Assembly (NCBI GenBank): GCA_903861145.1
Contig: CAIOTH010000134.1
Location: forward strand, 12,969-76,968
Reading direction: 5' to 3'
Length of the DNA: 64,000 nt
Source of the DNA: an uncultured Bacteroidota bacterium
GTDB taxonomy: Bacteria > Bacteroidota > Bacteroidia > Chitinophagales > LD1
The position numbers and the translations under genes are program-made. Shown piece after piece: positions 56,309-64,000 of this stretch. How positions within the stretch are numbered: the first letter of the stretch is position 1; each line of letters opens with the position of its first letter. The notes below the pieces were generated by a model, which was given only the letters and a program-made list of their open reading frames with translations, was not told the DNA's origin and did not search any database.

Positions 56309-56509
56309 TTATTGAGCCGTGCAGGTATAACCCTGTGCTTCGTAGGCTTTAATGGTATTGTTGAGGTCCTTATTGCCATCAGGAAAATCCTTGGTGCAAT
56401 AAGAGCGGACATCACCACTACCGAAATTACACGTGTAGCATTTCTTGCATGAAGAAAAACTTAAAACAGTAGCACAAAAAATGAAAAAAAGTAACGCTGA
56501 ACGTTTCAT
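56309..56509 (-). CDS. small Cys-rich lipoprotein (SSCKKCxTC family)
   Basis: MKRSALLFFIFCATVLSFSSCKKCYTC lipobox plus 3 further Cys. Paralog of 6690-6944 (shared FSSCKKC.TC, AYE and terminal YxC). Confidence 0.5.
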   Translation of the reverse strand: MKRSALLFFIFCATVLSFSSCKKCYTCNFGSGDVRSYCTKDFPDGNKDLNNTIKAYEAQGYTCTAQ

Positions 56510-58394
56510 AAGCAGGTTTAATAGCTACAAATTTGAAAGAAAGAATCGTATTTCCAAAATTTATGCAATTAGCATTAAGTCCCTACTTTACGTTGGGCTG
56601 GTTATTTTATGCCTGGCGCCCGCTTTTTTAAGTGCTCAAACCGAAACAACAGTTGCAGGAGACCTGATTTACGCAAGAGAAGGTAGCGGCCTTAACGCCG
56701 TACTTATGCCCCGTCCTCAGGATAATAATACTGAAATTATTTTCTATCTGCAGGCAGGTACTATGTACGAGAGTGATTCACTAAACGGAGTTACAAGTCT
56801 GTTGAATAAGATTTTGAGCGATAAAATTGCGAATGCTATAAAGAACGACAAAAGTGGACTTAATCAACAAAATACAGCCTTCAGTTCCTACTCAAATACC
56901 GAACAAACAGTCTTCAAGTTTGTAACAACGAGCCAAAATATGCAAACATGCTTTCAATTGTTTCGCGATTCGGTGCTCTTGAGTAATATTTCAATGGCAG
57001 AAGTTGCAAGAGCCCGAAATACCACTTTACAGCAAATTGAAGATGCGAAGCACGACTTGGGTAAGATTTTTGAAGACAAACTTTATAAAGGCCTCTATGT
57101 TCAGGATCATTATCGATTTGAAATTCTGGGGAATCCAACCCGGCTAAAAACCTTTGATCGCAACTTAGTTTTAGCTGCATTTAAAAAATATTATGCTGTA
57201 AATAACACAGTTATTGCGATTACCGGAAATTTTTCGGCTTTGAGCGCCGAGGCCTCAATGGATGTAGTGTTCAAAGATGTTTTGAAAAATGAGTTTAATC
57301 CAGAAACGATAACAAAAATTGTTGACCTAAGGCCAATGACGTACAACACCCAGTTTGTTATTGAGGATACAATAAATAATCCCGAATTTCAGATGTGCTG
57401 GCAGTTTCCGGGCACAAACAATAATTTGCACGAAAGTTATTGCGCGTTTCTTCTAAATGCCATGTTAAATGATAAAAATAATTATATACAGGTTAAGGCG
57501 GCAAAATTAGGTTGCAAAAAATTTACGGTGCAGTACGAGCCAAACAATTTTAGCGGCGTCATGCGTATTACATTTCAACCTTCCAGGCAAAATATGTTAG
57601 CCACGTATCAATTTATAACAAATGAAATGTTGAGGTTGGACAAAACCATGTTAAACGAAGTGATGATAGGTGCAGCAAAAATACAATTCAAAAAAGAATA
57701 CAACGCCTTGAAGAAAACCAAAGACTATCCAAAATGGATTGTAAAACATTGGGTATTTAACAACGATGCCTATTTTCCCGACATGTGCGATAGCGTTGTG
57801 TCTATCGGTGCAAACCGGCTTGAAAAATTCATTAATAATTACTTTACCCAGGCTCCGCATATTACCGGCTTAAAAATTAGTAAAGCCGATCGCAACGCTT
57901 TAAAAGTAGATTCCTTTTTCACCGATCTTGACCAAAACGTTGGTAAATATGTATTTACTTACCCCGAGAATATTACTTCGATAGTAGGTAACGATAACAA
58001 CACAAAACTGCAGAATCTTCTGCAATGGCTGATCCTTAACCCGGATATAAATATTCAGGTTAATGGTTTTAGTGATGAACATGAATACCGTAAGGCCACC
58101 GATGAAGATTCAATAATCCAGTTCATGGATTCGATGCCCACGTTTCATAAGGTAACTTCCGAGTTAATAAAACACAAACCAAGCATAAGGCCCGAATTAG
58201 CCCGCTCGGCAAAAGTAGTACGCTATTTATACGAGCATGGTATAGTGGCAGAAAGAATAACGGGAACGGCCATGATGTTCAAATCGTCAAATAACCAGGA
58301 AGCAGATGATAACAGAAAATGCACCTTTACGCTAAATAAAATACATAAAAGCCCTTCGCTTTTTGAATACCATTATGGCAAAAAGAAGGAATAA
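56481..58394 (+). CDS. inactive M16 (insulinase)-like domain protein fused to an OmpA-like C-terminal domain
   Basis: The M16-like N-region has NGVTSLLNKIL where active enzymes carry G.AHFLEHM (no HxxEH). The C-terminus INIQVNGFSDEHEY...LARSAKVVRYLYEHGIVAERI matches the OmpA_C pattern. The start is ambiguous (ATG 56445 or 56481), and both overlap the divergent small gene. Confidence 0.72.
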   Translation: MKKSNAERFISRFNSYKFERKNRISKIYAISIKSLLYVGLVILCLAPAFLSAQTETTVAGDLIYAREGSGLNAVLMPRPQDNNTEIIFYLQAGTMYESDSLNGVTSLLNKILSDKIANAIKNDKSGLNQQNTAFSSYSNTEQTVFKFVTTSQNMQTCFQLFRDSVLLSNISMAEVARARNTTLQQIEDAKHDLGKIFEDKLYKGLYVQDHYRFEILGNPTRLKTFDRNLVLAAFKKYYAVNNTVIAITGNFSALSAEASMDVVFKDVLKNEFNPETITKIVDLRPMTYNTQFVIEDTINNPEFQMCWQFPGTNNNLHESYCAFLLNAMLNDKNNYIQVKAAKLGCKKFTVQYEPNNFSGVMRITFQPSRQNMLATYQFITNEMLRLDKTMLNEVMIGAAKIQFKKEYNALKKTKDYPKWIVKHWVFNNDAYFPDMCDSVVSIGANRLEKFINNYFTQAPHITGLKISKADRNALKVDSFFTDLDQNVGKYVFTYPENITSIVGNDNNTKLQNLLQWLILNPDINIQVNGFSDEHEYRKATDEDSIIQFMDSMPTFHKVTSELIKHKPSIRPELARSAKVVRYLYEHGIVAERITGTAMMFKSSNNQEADDNRKCTFTLNKIHKSPSLFEYHYGKKKE

Positions 58395-58476
58395 TTTATG
58401 TGGTGTGCAAATGCTTTGCATCAAACCCTTGTAATACTTTCGCATATTAATACACTCATACATTAACGTTATAAAA

Positions 58477-58992
58477 ATGCAATCAAAAACACCCAAAGAT
58501 TCGACGGTTATTATGACCGAAATAGTACTTCCCAATGATACCAATGCACTAGGTAATTTGCGCGGAGGAAGAATCCTGCATTGGATGGATATAGCATCGG
58601 CTATTGCAGCAGGGAAACACTCAAACGCAGTAGTAGTAACCGCTTCGGTTGACAACGTATCATTCGAAAACCCCATTAAAATTGGCGATGTGGTAACCAT
58701 AACCGCCAATGTTACGCGCGCTTTTAATACATCGATGGAAACGCATATTGAAGTTTGGGCCGAAAATCTGCCATCGCAAACGCGCTATAAATGCAATGAA
58801 GCCTATTATACATTTGTTGCACTGGATAGTAATGGTAGGCCCAAAAAGGCCCATGAGTTAGTGCCCGAAACGGATGCCGAAAAAAAGATGTTTGATTCTG
58901 CAATGGCGCGAAGAGAATTGCGCTTAGTACTTGCCGGTAAATTAAAAATGGCCGACTCGAAAGAACTGAAAAAAAGCTTCGAAATTAATTAG
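58477..58992 (+). CDS. acyl-CoA thioesterase (hotdog fold, YciA/BFIT-like)
   Basis: IVLPNDTNALGNLRGGRILHWMDIASAIAA...VVTASVDNVSFENPIKIGDVV. Confidence 0.85.
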   Translation: MQSKTPKDSTVIMTEIVLPNDTNALGNLRGGRILHWMDIASAIAAGKHSNAVVVTASVDNVSFENPIKIGDVVTITANVTRAFNTSMETHIEVWAENLPSQTRYKCNEAYYTFVALDSNGRPKKAHELVPETDAEKKMFDSAMARRELRLVLAGKLKMADSKELKKSFEIN

Positions 58993-59504
58993 GTAGGTTT
59001 TTGAATCATTCTGTGTCCACGGCGTTTAAGACTGGTTTTTTGTTTAAAGTCGTTTGATACTACGCTCACGTTACCATCTACCTCTAAAACTGCAAGGTCC
59101 ACACCCTCAATTTTTTCAATACCGTGCTCTCTTACGGCTGCTTTCAACTCATCCATAGTAAAAAGAGCATGGTCGCAATTGGCATGCAACACCTTCCCTT
59201 TATAAATAAGCAACACAGCATGCCCTTGAACCAGGTTGCTGAACGCTTTCGATTTTTTTAAGAAAAACTTAAATACATAATTCACAACAAAAAGGCCCGA
59301 TGCTGCAGCTATGCCCCCGGGAACCGAAGTATCCTGGCCCACCATAGCGTTTTGCACAGCATTACTTATCAGTAAAATAAAAACCAGGTCGATAACCGAT
59401 AGCTGCGCCAGTTCCTTTTTACCAAATATCCTTATGGCAAATACAATAAACACATAAATAACTATCGACTTGCCACTAATAATAAGTAGTGATAAAATAT
59501 CCAT
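58989..59504 (-). CDS. DUF421 (YetF-like) membrane protein
   Basis: IRIFGKKELAQLSVIDLVFILLISNAVQNAMVG is the DUF421 signature. The C-terminal soluble domain has LAVLEVDGNVSVV. Confidence 0.8.
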   Translation of the reverse strand: MDILSLLIISGKSIVIYVFIVFAIRIFGKKELAQLSVIDLVFILLISNAVQNAMVGQDTSVPGGIAAASGLFVVNYVFKFFLKKSKAFSNLVQGHAVLLIYKGKVLHANCDHALFTMDELKAAVREHGIEKIEGVDLAVLEVDGNVSVVSNDFKQKTSLKRRGHRMIQKPT

Positions 59505-59511
59505 GCCTTTG

Positions 59512-61344
59512 TTAGTTAAAATTCTTTAGCCAATAATCCATACATGCCAATCTCCAGACAAGGGCAGCATTTTTACTTTTGCCTTTCTTGTAATCTTCAA
59601 CAGTTTTACGGGCTACGCCCTCGTTTATCCAACCCATTTTTTTGTAATCAATATCCAGCAAAAACTTAAGCGGGCCATTTAACCATTCAACTTCGCCGGG
59701 AGTAACAAAGCCTTTTTTGTCCTTGCGGACATAAACAGCTTCGGGCAAAATATCTTTTACCGATTCGCGCAAAATATATTTTGTTTCGGCTCGTGGGCTA
59801 ATCCGGTCTTCATCGGTTAAGCTAAAAGCAAACTCAATTAATTGATGATTCAAAAACGGCACACGCGACTCAATCGAATACTGCATCGATTTTCTATCTT
59901 CAAAATAAAGAATTGGCTGTAAAGTGGTATTAAATATAAGGTGATACAAAAAGTTATCCAGCTTACTTCCCGGTTTCTTCTCTACGTGTATACTCATTTC
60001 ATCCTGAAGCAGAGATTTATACTTCCCATATTCCAATCCCAGCATCATGTTTTCATCGCCAAAGGCACTGGCTATACCTTTACTTAAAAAATCAAGCTTT
60101 TTCGCTCCGCTAAAATGTTCACGGCTGGCAACCCCGTTTAAAAGACCCTGCGCCTGTCCAAATTTGCCTTTACTAATCTGTGAACCAAGTATGCGGTAGA
60201 TAGAGTGCAAATAACCGCCAAGGTATTCATCGGCACCCTGGCCATCGTTAACCACGGTAACACCGTTTTGCTTAGCCAATCGCATAACAAAAAAACCTGC
60301 AAGATGGCTTGAACCCCAAATAGGCACATCGCTTTGGTAGGCGGCATCATGCCACAAGTCGGTCACATCATTAGCCCTTGGCTCGTAATAATACGGCACA
60401 ACGTTGGGGTATTTCTTCACAACCTCTTTTACAAAAGGCCGTTCGTCAACTTTACCGGCGCCTTCAAAGTAAATAGTAAAGCTCTTAATTTTTGTTTCAG
60501 GATAAAGCGTGCAAAATGCTGAAGCTATAGCCGAGCTATCTAAGCCACCACTTAAACAAATACCATTTGCCACATCACTACGCGAATGCAGTTTTACAGA
60601 ATCAAGAAACAGCGAGCGGAAAATTTCTTTCTTCTCATCCCAGCTATAATTGCTCTTCTTAATTTTATTCAAATCAATATCCCAGTATTGGCTGATAGTA
60701 ATCTTGTTGTTTTGCCACACCAGGTTATGTGCAGCAGGTAAGGTCTTTAAATGCCGGTAAACCGTTTGTTCTTCATTCTCAACCCAACCAAAAGCCAGTC
60801 CACGGTTAAGCTGTGCTGTGTTCAGTTCGAAATTAAAACCAGGAATAAGCTTCAGCGCTTTAACTTCGCTTGCAAACCACATCCCCTCCCCTATCTGGTA
60901 ATAGTAAAAGGGTTTTATGCCAAAACGGTCGCGGCTGCAAAAAAGTTTTTGGGTGCGTTTATCCCACAAAGCAAAACTCCACATGCCAATAAAACGATCA
61001 ACACAGCTTTCACCCCATTCCTTGTAGGCAGCACATAGCACCTCGGTATCAGATGATGTTCTAAACTGGTGCCCCGCCTGCTTTAACGTCTCCTTTAACT
61101 CTATGTAATTATAAATCTCGCCGTTAAAAACAATCACCAAATCATCGTAATGAAATGGCTGGTTGGCTTCTTCCGACAGGTCGATAATTTTTAAGCGGTT
61201 GTGGCCTAAACAAATCTGGTTTTCAATAAAAAACGACGATGCCTCAGGCCCTCGATGATTGATGGACTTGAGCATTCGCCCAATTAACCCTGCTTTTTCA
61301 TCAGTAGATGAACGCCCGTCTACCATTCCGGCTATACCACACAT
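59512..61344 (-). CDS. asnB: asparagine synthase (glutamine-hydrolysing)-family amidotransferase
   Basis: MCGIAG (Cys2 Ntn amidotransferase), HRGPE, NGEIYN, and the PP-loop SGGLDSS. 610 aa. Confidence 0.88.
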   Translation of the reverse strand: MCGIAGMVDGRSSTDEKAGLIGRMLKSINHRGPEASSFFIENQICLGHNRLKIIDLSEEANQPFHYDDLVIVFNGEIYNYIELKETLKQAGHQFRTSSDTEVLCAAYKEWGESCVDRFIGMWSFALWDKRTQKLFCSRDRFGIKPFYYYQIGEGMWFASEVKALKLIPGFNFELNTAQLNRGLAFGWVENEEQTVYRHLKTLPAAHNLVWQNNKITISQYWDIDLNKIKKSNYSWDEKKEIFRSLFLDSVKLHSRSDVANGICLSGGLDSSAIASAFCTLYPETKIKSFTIYFEGAGKVDERPFVKEVVKKYPNVVPYYYEPRANDVTDLWHDAAYQSDVPIWGSSHLAGFFVMRLAKQNGVTVVNDGQGADEYLGGYLHSIYRILGSQISKGKFGQAQGLLNGVASREHFSGAKKLDFLSKGIASAFGDENMMLGLEYGKYKSLLQDEMSIHVEKKPGSKLDNFLYHLIFNTTLQPILYFEDRKSMQYSIESRVPFLNHQLIEFAFSLTDEDRISPRAETKYILRESVKDILPEAVYVRKDKKGFVTPGEVEWLNGPLKFLLDIDYKKMGWINEGVARKTVEDYKKGKSKNAALVWRLACMDYWLKNFN

Positions 61345-61433
61345 GCATACTGTTTAAGATGATACAAGAATAATAATATTGGCAAAGAAGTGCCTTTAAA
61401 ATAAAGATTTAGCCGTATTTTGAGCCCGTTAAA

Positions 61434-62723
61434 ATGAACAGCCCCATAAACATTTACATATCGCCCGATACGGCTTTTCAAAACCTGATAAAGCATACCC
61501 TACAAACTGTTTTTTTTAATAAAGGGCTTCAATGTTTGTTTACAGCTACCAGAGACGACGCCCTGTTAACCGTTGGTTACGCCGAGCAAAACGACCTTGT
61601 AATTTCTGAACGGTTTCATCAACTGCTCAGTCAAAACATTTTCAGCCATACTCAACAACTTACCGAGAACGGAAATATTGTGAATAAGTTTGGCAACACC
61701 GACTTTATTAGCACAATTTCATATTTGGTTAACTCTTTTCAGGAATATTACGATAACGACCCCGACCAATACGGGCGTTTTAAGTATACCAATAGCCTGC
61801 AACACAAGCTTAACAGCATCGAAAACAACACGGTTCAACAAATTATTGACCATTTGTTTATCAGCCATCCAAAACTTCAAGGTTTAACCACTATGCAACG
61901 GAAGTCAAGGGTATTTTTGACGCACGATATTGATTCAGTTTACGGCTCGGTGAAAGAGGATGGTCGTTACTCGTTAGACAATATGTTACCCGGGCAAATA
62001 ACAAGGCTAATCTATAATGCAACCATAGGCACCCCCGACTGGCTGAACATGGATAAGATTATGAAGGTTGAAGATGAGTTTGGCTTTAAGTCCACCTTCT
62101 ACTGGTTGCTGGTTAAAAACAAGCAAAACAGCGATTACGATTTTCATTCGCCGACAATTACCAAAGTATTTAATGAGGTAAAAAGCAAGGGCTGGGAATG
62201 CGGCATACACAAAAGCTTGGGCGATAGCAGCTTTACCGATGAGATTAAAACCTACGGAAGCCAGCCACAGGGTAACCGCTTTCACTTTCTTAAATTTACT
62301 TTGTCCGGTGGATATGATTTGATTGAACAACACGGTTTAAAGCTTGATACATCGCTTGGTTTTAGCCCGGCTTTTGGTTTGCGCAATTCATTCGGACAGC
62401 CGTTTGTACCTTTCAACCTTAAAGAAAACCGGCCATATCATTTTGTTGAAGCACCGCAAATGATGATGGACCGCACTTTCTTTAATTTAAACATGCCGGT
62501 GGGCGAAGCCAAAAAGAAGTTGTTTGATTTCGTTGAAAAAAATAAATACAATTGTGTGTTTACCATAAACTGGCACAACAACTTTTTTACCGAATTAAAA
62601 TACAAAGGCTACCTGCAGCTTTATCGTGATATACTTACAGGCTTTAAAGAGATGGGCATTGAAGGAATAACCCAAAGCCAGATTATTGATGAATATTATA
62701 AACCAATGGCACTAGCATCCTGA
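61434..62723 (+). CDS. hypothetical protein, polysaccharide-deacetylase-like (CE4-superfamily-like C-domain)
   Basis: 429 aa. FLTHDIDSVYG, FKSTFYW, GWECGIH and NRFHFLKF resemble the metal/catalytic blocks of deacetylase-fold proteins. The N-terminal ~150 aa are unrecognised. Confidence 0.55.
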   Translation: MNSPINIYISPDTAFQNLIKHTLQTVFFNKGLQCLFTATRDDALLTVGYAEQNDLVISERFHQLLSQNIFSHTQQLTENGNIVNKFGNTDFISTISYLVNSFQEYYDNDPDQYGRFKYTNSLQHKLNSIENNTVQQIIDHLFISHPKLQGLTTMQRKSRVFLTHDIDSVYGSVKEDGRYSLDNMLPGQITRLIYNATIGTPDWLNMDKIMKVEDEFGFKSTFYWLLVKNKQNSDYDFHSPTITKVFNEVKSKGWECGIHKSLGDSSFTDEIKTYGSQPQGNRFHFLKFTLSGGYDLIEQHGLKLDTSLGFSPAFGLRNSFGQPFVPFNLKENRPYHFVEAPQMMMDRTFFNLNMPVGEAKKKLFDFVEKNKYNCVFTINWHNNFFTELKYKGYLQLYRDILTGFKEMGIEGITQSQIIDEYYKPMALAS

Positions 62724-62727
62724 ATAA

Positions 62728-63873
62728 ATGAATACTGAAGCGAAGAAGATACTACTACTGGATGCAGCGAACCAAAATACTCTGGCCATTTTAAGGCATT
62801 TGGGGAAAAAGGGTTATACCATCGATTTATGCAGCCACCAAAAGGCTTGCCTATCGATGTTTTCAAAGTATGCCGAAAAAAAGTTCATTATCAGGGAACC
62901 GGCAAAAGATGAGGCTGGGTTTATTGAGGACCTTATAAAAATTCTCTCTACTGAGAAATATCACCTTGTAATGCCGGTCGGTTTTAAATCGTACCGGGCC
63001 TGCGCGCGCCACCAGGATTTGATAAAAAAATACACCAACCTCATTATTACCTCTAACGAGAATATTGAACTGGCTGCTGATAAAAGAAGAACCAACGAGT
63101 TTGCAGAAAAGATTGGCGTACCGGTGCCAAAAACATTTGTGCCTTTATCTGCACAGGAAGTTGAAGGGCTACAACTATCGTTTCCTTGCGTGGTAAAAGC
63201 GCCTTTTGAATCGGGCAAAAACATTGTTGAGTATGCGCAGAACCGTGAAGAGCTTTTAAGCAAGTTCAACGCCATGGTGGCCAAAAACAATTTCAAATCG
63301 CCCGATCTGCCCATAGTGCAGGAATATATAGTTGGCGGTGGCTACGGCTTTTTTGCTTATTACGATAACGGTGTTTGTAAAAGAAGTTTCAGCCATCATC
63401 GCATTCGGGAGTACCCGGTTACCGGTGGTGCGAGTGTTTGCGCCGAATCGTTCAGAGACCCGAAGCTTACTGAGTACGGTAGAAAAATGCTGGATGCTTT
63501 AAAGTGGAATGGTGTTGCTATGGTTGAGTTTAAGCAGGATAATAACGACGGCATTTACAAGCTGATGGAGATAAACCCCAAGTTTTGGGGCTCGCTTGAG
63601 CTGGCACTTACATCAGGTGTTGAGTTTGACCAAATGCTTGTTGATAAGGCTGATGGCAAAGAGATTGCTACATCAGATGAGTTTGCAGATGTAACTTTTC
63701 AGTGGGTATTGAATGGCGAACTTTTTCATGGCCTGGAGCGCCCATTGGCCATACCGAAAATTATAAGCACCCTGTTTTATTCGAAAAAAGATATTCGCTT
63801 TTTTGACCCGATGCCTAATTTGTATCAACTGGCTTACATATTTGTGCATTACTACAAAAAACTGAAGGGCTGA
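62728..63873 (+). CDS. ATP-grasp domain protein
   Basis: FPCVVKAPFESGKN, IVQEYIVGGGYG and MVEFKQD...YKLMEINPKFWGS are the typical ATP-grasp nucleotide-binding blocks. Starts 5 bp after the upstream gene. Confidence 0.8.
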   Translation: MNTEAKKILLLDAANQNTLAILRHLGKKGYTIDLCSHQKACLSMFSKYAEKKFIIREPAKDEAGFIEDLIKILSTEKYHLVMPVGFKSYRACARHQDLIKKYTNLIITSNENIELAADKRRTNEFAEKIGVPVPKTFVPLSAQEVEGLQLSFPCVVKAPFESGKNIVEYAQNREELLSKFNAMVAKNNFKSPDLPIVQEYIVGGGYGFFAYYDNGVCKRSFSHHRIREYPVTGGASVCAESFRDPKLTEYGRKMLDALKWNGVAMVEFKQDNNDGIYKLMEINPKFWGSLELALTSGVEFDQMLVDKADGKEIATSDEFADVTFQWVLNGELFHGLERPLAIPKIISTLFYSKKDIRFFDPMPNLYQLAYIFVHYYKKLKG

Positions 63874-63874
63874 A

Positions 63875-64000
63875 ATGTTTGCCATAGATTTTCACACCCA
63901 TACCCATCAATCCTACGACTCGATGATGCGGCCTGAAAAAATATTGCGACTGGCAAAAGCGCAGGGTTTAAACGGCATTGTTATATCAGACCACGATACT
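63875..64000 (+). CDS. PHP-domain metal-dependent phosphoesterase (5' fragment, runs off window)
   Basis: Absent from the ORF track. My own translation from the ATG at 63875 gives MFAIDFHTHTHQSYDSMMRPEKILRLAKAQGLNGIVISDHDT, which shows the PHP N-terminal H.H...D and (I/V)TDHD motifs. It starts 2 bp after the ATP-grasp stop. Confidence 0.6.
   Translation, partial: MFAIDFHTHTHQSYDSMMRPEKILRLAKAQGLNGIVISDHDT

Noticed and set aside
55942-56418. 158-aa minus-strand ORF overlapping the murQ 3' half
   Set aside because: The murQ frame is unambiguous, and the antisense ORF has no recognisable features.
58332-58709. 125-aa minus-strand ORF overlapping the thioesterase gene start
   Set aside because: It is antisense to a clear hotdog-fold thioesterase and to the end of the M16/OmpA gene.
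1-64000. Search for a prophage, IS element, integrase, toxin-antitoxin system, restriction-modification system or known defence system
   Set aside because: No ORF shows transposase, integrase, recombinase, nuclease-methylase or known defence-protein motifs. The window reads as a core chromosome with surface-protein genes.

Overview
Chromosomal window from a Bacteroidota genome, probably a Sphingobacteriia member such as Mucilaginibacter or Pedobacter (inference). Support for this placement: five proteins with type IX secretion (T9SS) C-terminal sorting domains, two TonB-dependent receptors with N-terminal carboxypeptidase-regulatory-like domains, a short (~286 aa) primary sigma factor, and TAnnTTTG -7 promoter boxes just upstream of several corrected start codons. 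About 59 protein genes are supported. Housekeeping genes include sucC, fbp, aspartate kinase, rnhA, tsaE, rpoD, pnp, rpsO, murQ, an asnB-like gene, cystathionine beta-synthase and a trans-sulfuration PLP enzyme. These are interspersed with secreted or cell-surface cargo: a protein with 12 PKD-like repeats, a collagen-like protein, an SBBP beta-propeller protein and tandem T9SS paralogs. Two orphan sensor histidine kinases are also present. I found no rRNA, tRNA, CRISPR array, transposase, integrase or recognisable defence island. Several ORF-track starts are 5'-over-extended and were trimmed using signal peptides, family N-termini and promoter boxes. The most system-like or unexplained signals are listed here. 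(1) A 38-bp inverted repeat pair (35/38 identical) brackets a 145-bp segment between a DnaJ-type zinc-finger mini-gene and a DUF4142 gene. (2) A membrane-anchored winged-helix regulator without a receiver domain is divergently paired with a secreted two-component-regulator-propeller protein. (3) About 600 bp between two convergent genes has no convincing ORF and contains a perfect 31-bp palindrome. (4) A ~23-bp-stem hairpin leader built from 9-mer repeats sits between back-to-back ctp and murQ promoters. (5) An orphan 320-aa protein ends in a consensus beta-clamp-binding motif (QLDLF). (6) A dispersed CTTNGTGN octamer repeat family lies upstream of minus-strand housekeeping genes. (7) A partial cluster of AsnB-like, deacetylase-like, ATP-grasp and PHP genes runs off the window edge. 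All functional calls come from reading the translated ORFs by eye; no database search was possible.
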